From positions 1 to 43,773 of the forward strand of contig JBCCCA010000001.1 of NCBI GenBank assembly GCA_039033735.1: a DNA stretch of 43,773 nucleotides. The letters run 5' to 3'. Below, in pieces: positions 9,229-19,464 of the stretch. Each line of letters starts with the position of its first letter. Positions within the stretch are counted from its first letter, which is position 1. The position numbers and the translations under genes are program-made. Under the pieces are notes generated by a model that was not told where the DNA came from, did no database searches, and saw only the letters and a list, made by a program, of their open reading frames with translations. Origin of the DNA: Pseudomonadota bacterium (GTDB taxonomy: Bacteria > Pseudomonadota > Alphaproteobacteria > Rhodobacterales > Rhodobacteraceae).

Positions 9229-9285
9229 CAATTTAAGGCTTAGGACAGGCACATGATCGCAAACATTCCTCCAAGGAGAACACTC

Positions 9286-9798
9286 ATGAAGTGGCTCATC
9301 GCATCTACTGTCTTCGCTCTTTCGTCGGTTGCCGCCTTTGCTGGTGATCAATATGTCGATGATACCGGCTTTGCCGTGTCTGGCTTCGACGTTGTCTCGT
9401 ATTTCGGACTGGAACAATCGCCTGTTGGCACAGCACAACCGGCGCCTGCCGCAGGCAACGCCAACATCACCGCTGAGTATAATGGCGCCACCTTCGCGTT
9501 CTCGACGGAAGCCAATCGTGACGCTTTCCTCAGCGACCCTGCAAAATTTGCACCGCAATATGATGGCCATTGCGCCTATGGCGTGTCCAAAGGGGGCAAG
9601 GTTCCGGCAAACCCGAACCTGTGGCGCATCGTGGATGGCAAACTTTACTTGAACATCACCAAGAACGTTGTTGGGTTCTGGGAAGAAGACATTCCGGGCA
9701 ACATAACGCTGGCCGAAGGCAACTGGACAGACATTCAGGACGACCCACGGTCCGAACGTGCGATCCCAGATTTCATGTCTGATGCGCCGATCAACTAA
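9286..9798 (+). CDS. Secreted YHS-domain protein
   Basis: Signal peptide MKWLIASTVFALSSVAAFAG, then FAVSGFDVVSYF and the YDGHCAYGVSKG motif. AGGAGA lies 7 nt upstream of the ATG at 9286. Confidence 0.7.
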   Translation: MKWLIASTVFALSSVAAFAGDQYVDDTGFAVSGFDVVSYFGLEQSPVGTAQPAPAAGNANITAEYNGATFAFSTEANRDAFLSDPAKFAPQYDGHCAYGVSKGGKVPANPNLWRIVDGKLYLNITKNVVGFWEEDIPGNITLAEGNWTDIQDDPRSERAIPDFMSDAPIN

Positions 9799-9813
9799 GA
9801 ACGGCTTCTGAAA

Positions 9814-10260
9814 ATGCTCTCACGTCGATCTTTTCTGGCCCTAGGGGGCACCGCGCTGATCGGCGTGGGAGCATATGCCGGGCTGACATTCTCGAACGCG
9901 CGCGCCGACACGGCTCGCGTCATGTCGCCTGACGAAGCCCTTGCTGCTGCGGCTGCGGGCGACATTCTTCTGGTCGATATTCGGCGACCGGACGAATGGA
10001 AAACAACCGGCATTCCGCAACATGCTGTTGCCTTCGACCTGCGGGATGCAGGGTTCATTGAAAATGTAAAAGGCGCTCGGTCATCCCAAGCGCAGCCTGT
10101 CGCGGTTATCTGCGCACGCGGTGTTCGCTCAGCGCGAATGACCAAGCGTTTGGCAGACGCTGGCGTTGGACCCCTTGTTGACATACCAGAGGGTATGCTT
10201 GGGTCGCTGGCGGGACCAGGCTGGCTAAAGCGCGGCCTTCCCGTCGTGCATGTAAATTAA
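9814..10260 (+). CDS. Tat-exported rhodanese-domain sulfurtransferase
   Basis: Twin-arginine leader MLSRRSFLALGGTALIG and rhodanese active-site loop CARGVRS. Confidence 0.8.
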   Translation: MLSRRSFLALGGTALIGVGAYAGLTFSNARADTARVMSPDEALAAAAAGDILLVDIRRPDEWKTTGIPQHAVAFDLRDAGFIENVKGARSSQAQPVAVICARGVRSARMTKRLADAGVGPLVDIPEGMLGSLAGPGWLKRGLPVVHVN

Positions 10261-10275
10261 AAGGCAAAAGTGCGT

Positions 10276-11127
10276 ATGAGAATGCGGTATCTGGTTTCTG
10301 GGCTCGCGGTGGCTTTTCTTGGGCTGGTCAGCCCGGCGACGGCCTGCTCGATCAATACCTCGTGCAAGATCGATGACCGTGCCTATTTTATTGCGATGCC
10401 AGACGACGCGGCGGCACCCGTCCCGGCAGTTGTATACATTCACGGATGGGGTGGCAGCGGGAACGGCGCATTGCGCAACGACGCCATGGTGTCCAGCTAT
10501 CTGGATCGCGGATATGCCGTGATCGCACCCAACGGGATGCCCCGCCAGAACGGAGGCGGCCGCAGCTGGGCGTTTCACCCAAGCTCCGAACGGCAGGACG
10601 CGGATATCGCGTTTCTGGCTGCCGTGCGGGATGACGCCGCAAAGCGGTTCGGTCTGGACCCAGACCGCATCATCCTTGCCGGGTTTTCGATCGGCGGGTC
10701 GATGACCGCCTATACCGCCTGTTTGGACCCAGACAGTTTTTCAGCCTATGCGCCCATTGGTGGAAATTTCTGGCGCCCGCACCCGACCGAGTGCGCGGGG
10801 CCAGTCCGCCTGCTGCATACCCATGGCTGGACCGACGGAACCGTTCCGTTGGAAGGGCGGGTGGTCAACCGGTTGCCTGCCGATGATCCGAATGCTTTTG
10901 CTCAAGGCGATATCTTTTATGCGCTGAACCTTTGGCGGGATACAAATGGGTGTCGCCATCTGAAGGCAGATCGCTTTGCAAACTCCGGCCCATTCATGCG
11001 CCGCGCCTGGGATCGCTGCGACACCGGAAGTGCACTTGAATTTGCGCTGTTTGATGGCGGGCATGTTGTGCCGCCCGAATGGCCCGCCCTTGTTATCGAT
11101 TGGTATGAAGGTTTGGACGCGGAATGA
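10276..11127 (+). CDS. Secreted alpha/beta-hydrolase, PHB-depolymerase/LpqC-family esterase
   Basis: The signal peptide ends in ATAC (possible lipobox). HGWGGSG and the nucleophile elbow GFSIGGS are present. The start is ambiguous among 10270 (GTG), 10276 and 10282. Confidence 0.7.
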   Translation: MRMRYLVSGLAVAFLGLVSPATACSINTSCKIDDRAYFIAMPDDAAAPVPAVVYIHGWGGSGNGALRNDAMVSSYLDRGYAVIAPNGMPRQNGGGRSWAFHPSSERQDADIAFLAAVRDDAAKRFGLDPDRIILAGFSIGGSMTAYTACLDPDSFSAYAPIGGNFWRPHPTECAGPVRLLHTHGWTDGTVPLEGRVVNRLPADDPNAFAQGDIFYALNLWRDTNGCRHLKADRFANSGPFMRRAWDRCDTGSALEFALFDGGHVVPPEWPALVIDWYEGLDAE

Positions 11128-11411
11128 CTCTTTTGATCGCCATGGCGCTTGCAGGATTGGTTCTTGGCGCCGTCCTGCCGCGCAGTTGGGGTATCCTCGG
11201 GTATCTCGGGGCTGCCGCCATTCTCTTCGCGTTGCAGATCGGCATTAATGCTGCTGCAGGATTTGCCGGCTCGAGCATTGAAGAAAGCTTGCTGCTTTTC
11301 AACGGATCCTACGCGTCTTATCTGGGGTTCAATCTCCAGATCACGTACCGGGCTTTCGCGGTTCCGTTGCTTGCCCTGTCGATTCCCTACATCTATCGCC
11401 TGGGCCGCTAA
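11124..11411 (+). CDS. Small hydrophobic membrane protein (95 aa, ~3 TM), function unknown
   Basis: ATGA overlap with the esterase stop. The translation is strongly hydrophobic. Confidence 0.5.
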   Translation: MTLLIAMALAGLVLGAVLPRSWGILGYLGAAAILFALQIGINAAAGFAGSSIEESLLLFNGSYASYLGFNLQITYRAFAVPLLALSIPYIYRLGR

Positions 11412-11414
11412 GGC

Positions 11415-13307
11415 CTATTCCGCGGCAATCGAGCCGGGTCGCGGATCGGTCAGGATCGACTTGACCCATTCCCGTTCAGTACGCGCCGATGTGATAATAC
11501 GGGGTTCTCGCAAGGTGTGTGGCGTATCCAGCCGAAGAACACGCGGTCCGCTATTGGCCACAGGGACCGAACTGAGCTTTGACAGCGGCACGGCTGCGGC
11601 AAGGCTGAAGGCGATTGGCAAGATTAAAAGCGGAAAGTTCCCAGCAAGAATGCCGGCAAGCAGACCAAGGCCAAGCACCGTCTCAACCACGTGGAACCTG
11701 AAAGTCGCGCCCCAACTATAGCCGGCACCGCCGCGGTTCTGTGCCGTCCATGAGATATCTCGGCCCAGCAATGCGAAGATCGTCGCGATCGTGTGCTGTA
11801 CCATCATGATGGGCGCATACAGCACCGACAGCAGCAACTCGACAAAGAACGAGCCGACATACATGCTGCGCGATCCATAGGCACGCTGCGTGCTGCGGCG
11901 CAGGCCAAACAGGATGGCGCCGACTAGTTTCGGAAACAACAGCATTCCATAGACGAATGTCATGTAGATCCAGGCGACATCCGCTTTCTGTTCCGGCCAG
12001 AACGGCATAAGCGGATTTGCAGGTGAGAAATAGCTGCTTGGCGCCTCGGCCGTTGTTCCGACGAACGACCAAAGGATCACAACAGCCAGCCACGCGGGTG
12101 ACATCAGAAAAGCCAACGCGCCCTGCAATAGATGGATGCGCGAGATAACGTGGAAACCACGCGCCGCAAGTAGTCGCAAATGCTGCATATTCCCATAGCA
12201 CCAGCGACGGTCGCGCAGGACATAGTCAATCAGCGTCTGGGGGCTTTCTTCGTAGCTGCCGTCCACGCGGGGCAACAGACGCACCGCCCACCCGGCGCGG
12301 CGCAGCATACCGGCTTCAACAAAATCGTGGCTAAGGATCAGCCGATCATCGCCCCGCCAGTTCTTCAGATGCGGCAAGCGCGCGCTTTCGGCGAACGCAC
12401 GCGTGCGGATAATCGCATTATGGCCCCAATAATTTCCCTCGTGCTGCGACCACGAGGCCAGCCCTTCGGCCAGCAGCCACCCGTAGACCGAGCTTGAAAA
12501 CTGCTGAACGCGCCCGAAAAGGGTCCAGGCGCCAATCAACATGGGACGGCTTTGGATCAGCCCGGCATCCGGATCGGCAGCCATTGCTTGCGCAAGGTGC
12601 CGGATGGCAAAGCCGCTCATCAGGCTATCGGCATCCAGCACAACCATGGCACTATAAGCCGCGCCCCAATTTTCAATCCAGTCTGAAATATTGCCGATTT
12701 TCTTGTCGGTATTCTCAAGCCGTCGCCGGTAATGAACCACGTCCACCCCGTGTTCGGTCTGGAGTGCGCGGAAGGCCCGTTCTTCATCCATTGCAATTTG
12801 CGGCTTACGCGTATCGCTTAAGATGAACAGGGTATAGCTGTTGCGGTCCGGATGCGCTTTCAACTCGCGCAACATCGCCGATGCGTTGCCGAACACATCC
12901 GACGTGGCCTCGTTATAGACCGGCATCAAGAGGGCAACGTCCTGCGGCTCGACTTCGGCGGGCGGCAGCGGTGTGCTGGTTCTGTCCAACGCGACCTTCA
13001 CCAGTCCGATGCACGCCGTGTTGACCGAAAAGGCCAGCCAAACAAAGGTCAGGCCCACAAGGGTCAGAACAAGCCCTTCGACCAGCATCACGCCATTCTG
13101 TCCCAGATAGCTGGTCAGTGAAACGCAAAGCACAAAGGTCAGCAGAATCGTCGGGATGAAGGCGGAGAGGCGCCATAGCATGTTGCGCATATTCCGTGGC
13201 TTGTTGAATTCGCGCGTCCGGTGGACCTCGGTAAACGTCTGCGCGGGCCGGTGCAAAGGGGCGGGCGCGGGCATATGAGCAGCGGCGTAGCGTGTCACGC
13301 GGTCCAC
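11415..13307 (-). CDS. opgH: Glucans biosynthesis glucosyltransferase H (OpgH/MdoH), GT2 family
   Basis: LMPVYNE, VVLDADS and the RDRRWCYGNMQH motif are flanked by multiple TM segments. Its start overlaps the stop of the upstream OpgG/D-family gene. An alternative start is at 13274. Confidence 0.9.
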   Translation of the reverse strand: MDRVTRYAAAHMPAPAPLHRPAQTFTEVHRTREFNKPRNMRNMLWRLSAFIPTILLTFVLCVSLTSYLGQNGVMLVEGLVLTLVGLTFVWLAFSVNTACIGLVKVALDRTSTPLPPAEVEPQDVALLMPVYNEATSDVFGNASAMLRELKAHPDRNSYTLFILSDTRKPQIAMDEERAFRALQTEHGVDVVHYRRRLENTDKKIGNISDWIENWGAAYSAMVVLDADSLMSGFAIRHLAQAMAADPDAGLIQSRPMLIGAWTLFGRVQQFSSSVYGWLLAEGLASWSQHEGNYWGHNAIIRTRAFAESARLPHLKNWRGDDRLILSHDFVEAGMLRRAGWAVRLLPRVDGSYEESPQTLIDYVLRDRRWCYGNMQHLRLLAARGFHVISRIHLLQGALAFLMSPAWLAVVILWSFVGTTAEAPSSYFSPANPLMPFWPEQKADVAWIYMTFVYGMLLFPKLVGAILFGLRRSTQRAYGSRSMYVGSFFVELLLSVLYAPIMMVQHTIATIFALLGRDISWTAQNRGGAGYSWGATFRFHVVETVLGLGLLAGILAGNFPLLILPIAFSLAAAVPLSKLSSVPVANSGPRVLRLDTPHTLREPRIITSARTEREWVKSILTDPRPGSIAAE

Positions 13308-14818
13308 CTGTACAGCCAGACTTCGCTCAATGGCGCGTTGTTCAGCCGAAGCTGCGCGCGGAATTCAATCAGGGTTTCCTCATCCGTATGAAACTTGAAG
13401 GCCAGGCGCGGCCCGCCGGTTTCCGGGTTCCGTTGCAAAACACCCGAAGATACTTCGCCAGCGCTGCTTTGGACGACGATATCAACCTCGCTCAAATCTT
13501 CGGGCACTTCGGCGCCCGCTGCGAAGTCGATCAGGACAATAGTGCCATCGTTCTCAAAAGCCGAGCCGATCATCGTGTTCAGCACAATCAACCCATCGCC
13601 ATAGTCGACCTCATCGCTCCACGTAAGACGATACTCGAACGTGTTTTCCGACCCGCGCGCCGCGCCATCGGCCGGACGCCAGTAGCAGACGATATTATCG
13701 AAAATTTCGGACGGCGTCGGAATTTCGATAAGTGAAATCGAGCCGCGTCCCCAATCACCTTTAGGTTCGATCCAGACGCCCGGGCGGCGATGATAGAGCG
13801 CTTCAAGATCGGCAAAATCGCCATAGCTGCGCGCGCGCTGCATCAGCCCGAAGCCCTTCGGATTTGAATCGACAAAGGCGCTGATCTGCAAATTGGTTGG
13901 GTTCGCGAGGGGACGCCAAATGGTTTCGCCCGCGCCATTCTTGATCAATAGCCCATCCGAGTCGTGAACCGCGGGTCGGAAATCCGTAAAGCGATGCCGG
14001 TTGGTCTGATCATATTGGAACATCGATGTCAGCGGCGCGATACCGATATTGTCGATGTCACGACGCGGAAACACATGCGCTGCAACATCCATGGTCAGGG
14101 CTTTGCCGGGTGTGATCTCGAACCGGTAAGCGCCCGTGCAACTTGGACTATCCAGCAAGGCATGAAGAACGAAGGTGTCCGTACCTGGCGCGGGCTTTTC
14201 CAGCCAGAATGATCGGAACTTGGGGAACTCCTCGCCCTGCGGGTCGGCGGTCTCGATCGCAAGGCCACGGGCCGACAGACCATAGATGTTGCCGGTGCCT
14301 ATGGCGCGGAAGTAACTTGCACCCTGGAATACGGCAAACTCCTGAAAAGTCCCGGGCTCTTCCAACTCGGACCTCAGCCGAAGTCCCGAGTATCCAAGCG
14401 TATCGTCAATCGGCAAGCTGGGAAATTTGTCGGTTGTATCAAAGACGCCCAGATCGAACCGCAAATCGCGTGCCTCGCCGTTTTCGACAATCGCGATGTC
14501 GATTGGGTGCGGGAAATACAGTCCTGGTGCAAAGACATCCAAACGCAGTGGCGTCGCATCTTCCTTGGCCCAAAGCGCGTTCCGACCATCGAACCAGATC
14601 GATTGATAATCTTCATAGCTGATGCTGGTCCATGCCTCGGGGATGCGGGGGCGCTGCCTAAAATCCGCTTTGCTTAGCTCCCTTGCCAGGGCAATGACGT
14701 CCTCGGGCGCGAAAGGGATACCGGGCTTGGTCTGCAATCCGGGCTCGCCCGCGCCTTCCGCAAAGCCAGGACCGGCCGCAAGCGCGGCGAGGCTGGCGAT
14801 AAACTCACGACGCAACAT
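13295..14818 (-). CDS. opgG: Periplasmic glucan biosynthesis protein, OpgG/OpgD (MdoG/D) family, with a Tat-type leader
   Basis: Leader MLRREFIASLAALAAGPGFAEG. Size and content match the MdoG family. I chose the ATG at 14818, preceded by AGAGG; the longest ORF reaches 14881. Confidence 0.85.
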   Translation of the reverse strand: MLRREFIASLAALAAGPGFAEGAGEPGLQTKPGIPFAPEDVIALARELSKADFRQRPRIPEAWTSISYEDYQSIWFDGRNALWAKEDATPLRLDVFAPGLYFPHPIDIAIVENGEARDLRFDLGVFDTTDKFPSLPIDDTLGYSGLRLRSELEEPGTFQEFAVFQGASYFRAIGTGNIYGLSARGLAIETADPQGEEFPKFRSFWLEKPAPGTDTFVLHALLDSPSCTGAYRFEITPGKALTMDVAAHVFPRRDIDNIGIAPLTSMFQYDQTNRHRFTDFRPAVHDSDGLLIKNGAGETIWRPLANPTNLQISAFVDSNPKGFGLMQRARSYGDFADLEALYHRRPGVWIEPKGDWGRGSISLIEIPTPSEIFDNIVCYWRPADGAARGSENTFEYRLTWSDEVDYGDGLIVLNTMIGSAFENDGTIVLIDFAAGAEVPEDLSEVDIVVQSSAGEVSSGVLQRNPETGGPRLAFKFHTDEETLIEFRAQLRLNNAPLSEVWLYRWTA

Positions 14819-16028
14819 TGGGTGACCTCTTTGTTTTCCAAGGCTGCGATTTGTACCACGCGGCCAGGTAAGCCACGCCAACGATGAGCGCCGCGCCCAG
14901 CAGATTGACCCATAGCATCGAAAAATGTGTGCGCCCCACTTGGTCCAGCATCGCGCCCATCAGGCGGGCCAGGAACATTGATGCAATGAAGACTGCCAGA
15001 GATTGCTGCCCGACCTTCAGAATTACGGTCAGCACCGTTTGCCACAGGCGTGAAAGGTACCCGTTTGAATCCCCGGGCTGCAGTCGCGCGCCCATAGGGC
15101 CTGCCAGCACCCAGGCGACATAAGCAAGCGCCAAGAAGTGAACATACCGCAAGATGCCAAAATCGGTCTTGTTGAACAAGAAACCCCAGTCTTTCCGCCA
15201 CTCAAGAAGCCACGTCACTTCGTTATAGATGCGGAAATAGGCAAAGGGGACGATGGCCAGCACAATGAATAGGGCGGCGCCGAACAGGCGCGCGTTGACC
15301 GGTGGCGCAGGAAGCCAGCGCGACATGAAGGCAAATCCGGTGAAGAAGATCAGCTGCCAGCCAAAGGGATTGAAGAACCATTGCCGCTCGGACCACGGCT
15401 CGGCCGGGAAGTTCACATCCAGCAGCGATGCCGACAGCCAGACACCAAGCACAAGCGCAGCGGCAAGGCGCTGGTCGAAACTGGCGACCGCGACAACGAT
15501 CGGCAGCATCGCCAAAATCACCAGATACATCGGCAAGATGTCGAAATAATTCGGCACATAGGTCAACGTCAGGAGACCGAGCAGGTTGTCCTGTGTGTTC
15601 TTGAAGAAGGGATAAAGGTTCAATTGACCGATGTAGTCACGGCCGTCGGGGAAAAGGCTGTTTAGTATGACCATTGCTGTGGCAATGGCGAAAAACAAGC
15701 CGATATGTGCCCAATAGACCTGCCAGACACGATAGCTGATGCGCAGGGTCCCCATCGCATTGCCTTGGTCACGGAAGACCCGCCCGAAGGCAATCGCGCT
15801 GGCCATGCCTGAACAGAAGACGAAGATCTCGGTCGCGTCCGAAAATCCGAAACGCGCAGGAATCCAAAGCGTCAGCCAGTTGCTGGGAACATGCGCAATC
15901 AGAATAATGAACATCGCAATGCCCCGAAAGAAATCCAGGCGAATATCACGCGCGCGCACAGCAGAATGCGACGCCGACGGCGCGTATTGATTTGGCGCAG
16001 ATGCGAATGTTGGGTCCACGGCAGCCAT
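14805..16028 (-). CDS. opgC: OpgC-family integral membrane protein (glucan succinyl-modification acyltransferase-like)
   Basis: About 10 TM segments with an acyltransferase-3-like N-terminus (RDIRLDFFRGIAMFIILIAH). It sits immediately upstream of opgG/opgH. Confidence 0.8.
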   Translation of the reverse strand: MAAVDPTFASAPNQYAPSASHSAVRARDIRLDFFRGIAMFIILIAHVPSNWLTLWIPARFGFSDATEIFVFCSGMASAIAFGRVFRDQGNAMGTLRISYRVWQVYWAHIGLFFAIATAMVILNSLFPDGRDYIGQLNLYPFFKNTQDNLLGLLTLTYVPNYFDILPMYLVILAMLPIVVAVASFDQRLAAALVLGVWLSASLLDVNFPAEPWSERQWFFNPFGWQLIFFTGFAFMSRWLPAPPVNARLFGAALFIVLAIVPFAYFRIYNEVTWLLEWRKDWGFLFNKTDFGILRYVHFLALAYVAWVLAGPMGARLQPGDSNGYLSRLWQTVLTVILKVGQQSLAVFIASMFLARLMGAMLDQVGRTHFSMLWVNLLGAALIVGVAYLAAWYKSQPWKTKRSPNVAS

Positions 16029-16043
16029 CGTGCTTGTCCAGGT

Positions 16044-17408
16044 CTACTCGGCCGCCGTAGTCGAGGTCGCAAGCGCGCGCAACTCATTGATTTGCGACAT
16101 GCGCTTGGCCGCAAAGCTGTCTTCGCGCCCGTCGCGCAAAGTGGTGCGTGCACGCAGAAGGGTCTCGGTATCGGCCAATTGGCCTGCGCGAAGCCCGGCC
16201 TCGATGGTCAAACGTTCAAAGACGTCGCGCTGTGCATGGCTGCCACCCATCGCCTGAAAGTCCGGCTGTGCCACTTTCAGATGGGCGAAGGCAGACCCGT
16301 AGTCGGCTTCACCAAACGCCGTCAGGCCACGCGATGCCGCAAGGCCTGGCGTTGTCATGACGGCGGCCATATCGTCGTCCGCGCTGGCCTGCATTGCGAC
16401 GGTGGCGTTCAGCCGCGCCACGGCATCCGTGCGTGTCTCACCTATCAGGGCCAGCATATAGTGCATGTCCGCGAAGGTCAGGCACCCATCCTCGGCACGC
16501 GTTTCGGCCAAATCCGCAAGCTCTACCCAACGGCTCCCGACATCGATACCTTCCAATTCAAGCCGCATCAAAAGTGAGCTGGCATTCGAAAAGTCCCGAT
16601 AGTCGTCCGTCTTTTCGTCCCGAACTTTGGTGTCGTAAAGGCGCAGAACGGTCGAAAAGTCACCTTCGTCCAGGTGCAGCAGTGCTTTGTGCCACCACAC
16701 GTGAAACCGGAAGTTGTTGCAGTGGCTCCAGGCCGGCATGTTCTGGTCGATCAGCGCAATGCCGCGCGACGTGTCGTGTGTCATGTCATAGACATGAGCC
16801 ACAGCGTGCAGCCCCCATGCGTCGTCATCGGCAAACTCAAGGCCGCGTAATCCGACGCGCTCGGCCTTGTCGTATTGCCCTGTCTCTTCCAACGCAAAAG
16901 CGTGGCAGCCTAAAGCGTAGCCATACAGCGCGTGGCTGGGACCATGGGCCGAGAGTATACGTTCGACCGAACGCAGCATCCCATGGTTGTCGCCCAGCAT
17001 GAACCGGATGCCGTGCGACAATTTCATGCTGATCGTATCGGCCGGGTTCAGCTGGATTGCGGTTTCCATCCGCTGGATTGACTGTGTTGGACGGCCAGCC
17101 AGCCAATCGCTCAGTGCAAGACACCAAAGACGTTCCCTTTCGGTTGCGCCGCCAAACTCAAGGCAGCGCGCCATCTCGCGATGTGCGGCTTGAGCTGCCG
17201 CAATCAATTCGCGGCGTCCCAACATGAGACAGGCGAGGCCTTTCATCGCATGACCCATCGCAAAGTCAGGATCACTCGAAATCAAGGCTGTAAGATGCTC
17301 GCCCGTTGATTGGCCGTGAGACAAAACGCCCAGGATGACCCCATTCCATGCCTCCAGTGCGTCGTCCCTTGTAAGACTAACGTCGCACGAGCAAATGTCT
17401 GTCAGCAT
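16044..17408 (-). CDS. Tetratricopeptide-repeat protein (TTC38-like), first gene of the opg transcription unit
   Basis: Helical-repeat composition. Only a 15-nt gap separates it from opgC. Confidence 0.6.
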   Translation of the reverse strand: MLTDICSCDVSLTRDDALEAWNGVILGVLSHGQSTGEHLTALISSDPDFAMGHAMKGLACLMLGRRELIAAAQAAHREMARCLEFGGATERERLWCLALSDWLAGRPTQSIQRMETAIQLNPADTISMKLSHGIRFMLGDNHGMLRSVERILSAHGPSHALYGYALGCHAFALEETGQYDKAERVGLRGLEFADDDAWGLHAVAHVYDMTHDTSRGIALIDQNMPAWSHCNNFRFHVWWHKALLHLDEGDFSTVLRLYDTKVRDEKTDDYRDFSNASSLLMRLELEGIDVGSRWVELADLAETRAEDGCLTFADMHYMLALIGETRTDAVARLNATVAMQASADDDMAAVMTTPGLAASRGLTAFGEADYGSAFAHLKVAQPDFQAMGGSHAQRDVFERLTIEAGLRAGQLADTETLLRARTTLRDGREDSFAAKRMSQINELRALATSTTAAE

Positions 17409-17798
17409 GAACCCACCTTTCTAAGACCACATCATACGTTGTCATGTGTTATCTCAAGCGGGCGGAAAGGGCTTATCACCAGAGCGTTATTCCGCGAAAA
17501 AGTGAATATTTATGAACGATTTGTGAGGTCACGCGGTTTGCCGTTTTTGAGTGGAAATCCGCCACCACTGGCACGTTCTGAAACACGCTTTGCAAAATTT
17601 TCAGGCGAAGCGCCAGTTCGTTGAGGAAAAGTTGGCGGATCAGTGGCGCCAATTGCGATTCTGTGTCCCATCGCCTGTGCGAATGCCTGCCAAAAAATGC
17701 CCGTTAGGGCTGAACTTACCTAAGGTCAGGGCCCAAAAGCTGTAACACTTCTTGCGCCGACCTACTTGTCGTTGCGGACATCACGTTACACTTTTTGC

Positions 17799-19391
17799 TC
17801 AAAATGCGCCATCATACGCCTTTCGATCGATTTGGACGGCGATCACACTGAAGCAGTCCGCATCTTTCGCTTCATTCAAGGCGTCGCGCAATTCCGCTTC
17901 GGACGAAACTGAAAAGCCAAGTCCGCCAAAGGCACGCCCGACGCGCGCAATGTCGGTGCCTTCGAAGTCCACGCCGGTGTTTTTCAAATGACGGCCACGT
18001 TGCTTCAATTCGATCAGGGCCAGCGAGGCGTCGACAAAAACGACGAAGATCGTGCTTAGCTTGCGTTCTGCCGCTGTTGCCAAATCGCCTACGACCATCA
18101 GAAAGCCCGCATCGCCCGAGAATGAGACGACCGTCCGCGCGGGCTCGACCATCTGCATGCCCATCGCCAGAGGAACGGCGCAGCCCATCGTGCAAAATCC
18201 TGACGACTGCACCAGCGCCCGTGGAAATCCGCAGGTCCACATCTGACTGAGCAAGATGCGATGCGCGCCGCTGTCTGCGGTTGCCAGAGTATCGTCGGGC
18301 AAAACCTCCTGACATACGGATATCGCCTGAGCCGGACCCCACGTATCGCCGCGCGGGAATGCAGAGCTTAGCGTCTTGCGAGTGGTCTCGACATCGCCAT
18401 CGGTCCAGACGGCGGACAGGCCGTCTGGTAATAGCGCGGTAACGGTTGCGCCAGGGTCGCCGATAAAATTATGTGTCGCCTGATGCATGTAGTGGTGGTT
18501 TGGTTCGGCCGTGATATCGATCACAACCTGGCGGGCCGTATCCCACGGCGCACGCCATCCGATGCGCATTTCAATCGGATCGTATCCGATGGACAGGATA
18601 ACATCTGCCTTGGCCACAAGCGGAAGTAGGATATCGTCCGCCTTTGGCGAAAGCCCCGCACCCCCCAGCGACAACGCGTGATCCTCGGGCAAAAGACCTT
18701 TTGCTTTATAGGTCGTGATGATCGGTGCACCCAAACGTTCTGCGGCCAGTCGTACCGCGTCCGGCTGGTCCAATGCGTCGACGCCCGCCACAATGAGCGG
18801 GCGCTTCGCCCCGGCAAGTGCAGCCCGCGCCTCCTCAAGGGCAGGGCTCGCGGGCGCCATGGGGTGTGCGGCGGGACGCAAGATGCCGGTACCGGTTGCT
18901 GCGGCATCCGCCACTGAAATCGGGACGTCGATATGAACCGGACCGGGACGCCCCTCGGTCGCAATGCCAAGCGCCTTGTCGATGATGACATGCGCGGCGC
19001 TAGCGCTCAGCTTAAAACTTGCCTTGGTGATGGCTTCAAATACGCGCCCCTGATCCAGGACTTGATGGGTGTAGGTTTGGGCTGTGTCGGCATCGACACA
19101 ACCCGTCAGTACGATCAGCGGTACGCGGTCTTGCCGCGCATTTTCCACCACATTGATTCCGTTCAACGCACCGGGCCCCACGGTTGCCAAAAGAATGCCT
19201 GGCGCACCCGTGCGATGATAAGTGCCTTCCGCCATGAAGCCTGCGGCATTTTCATGCCGGGACAGAACGAATTCGATCCCGACCTTTTGAAGCGCATCAA
19301 GCAGGGTCAGCACTTCGCCACCCGGCATCCCAAAGGCCCAACGACACCCCTGGGCATAAAGCCTTTCGGCCACTACATCCGCTGCACGCAT
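17799..19391 (-). CDS. Thiamine-diphosphate-dependent enzyme of the acetolactate-synthase/IlvB-like family, substrate unknown
   Basis: N-terminal PYR domain (FGMPGGEVLTLLDAL, HENAAGFMAEGTYHRTGAPG) and C-terminal ThDP motif (GDAGFLMVVGDLATAAE...VVFVD). Confidence 0.8.
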   Translation of the reverse strand: MRAADVVAERLYAQGCRWAFGMPGGEVLTLLDALQKVGIEFVLSRHENAAGFMAEGTYHRTGAPGILLATVGPGALNGINVVENARQDRVPLIVLTGCVDADTAQTYTHQVLDQGRVFEAITKASFKLSASAAHVIIDKALGIATEGRPGPVHIDVPISVADAAATGTGILRPAAHPMAPASPALEEARAALAGAKRPLIVAGVDALDQPDAVRLAAERLGAPIITTYKAKGLLPEDHALSLGGAGLSPKADDILLPLVAKADVILSIGYDPIEMRIGWRAPWDTARQVVIDITAEPNHHYMHQATHNFIGDPGATVTALLPDGLSAVWTDGDVETTRKTLSSAFPRGDTWGPAQAISVCQEVLPDDTLATADSGAHRILLSQMWTCGFPRALVQSSGFCTMGCAVPLAMGMQMVEPARTVVSFSGDAGFLMVVGDLATAAERKLSTIFVVFVDASLALIELKQRGRHLKNTGVDFEGTDIARVGRAFGGLGFSVSSEAELRDALNEAKDADCFSVIAVQIDRKAYDGAF

Positions 19392-19464
19392 CTTACCCTC
19401 GCGTTAGGTTACGCGCGAGCTATGCGGCAGAACATGTGATGTGACAAGAGAACCCACGGGAACG

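Noticed and set aside
11149-11721. 190-aa plus-strand ORF spanning the small membrane protein and the opgH 3' end
   Set aside because: It is an alternative frame with Ser/Arg/Pro-rich composition. It conflicts with two better-supported convergent genes.
15891-17002. 228-aa and 202-aa plus-strand ORFs over opgC and the TPR gene
   Set aside because: The Arg-rich shadow translations cross a real gene boundary on the other strand.
17741-17790. TGTAAC ... GTTACA half-sites resembling the LacI-type operator
   Set aside because: The half-sites are 38 nt apart rather than forming a compact palindrome, so this is probably coincidental.
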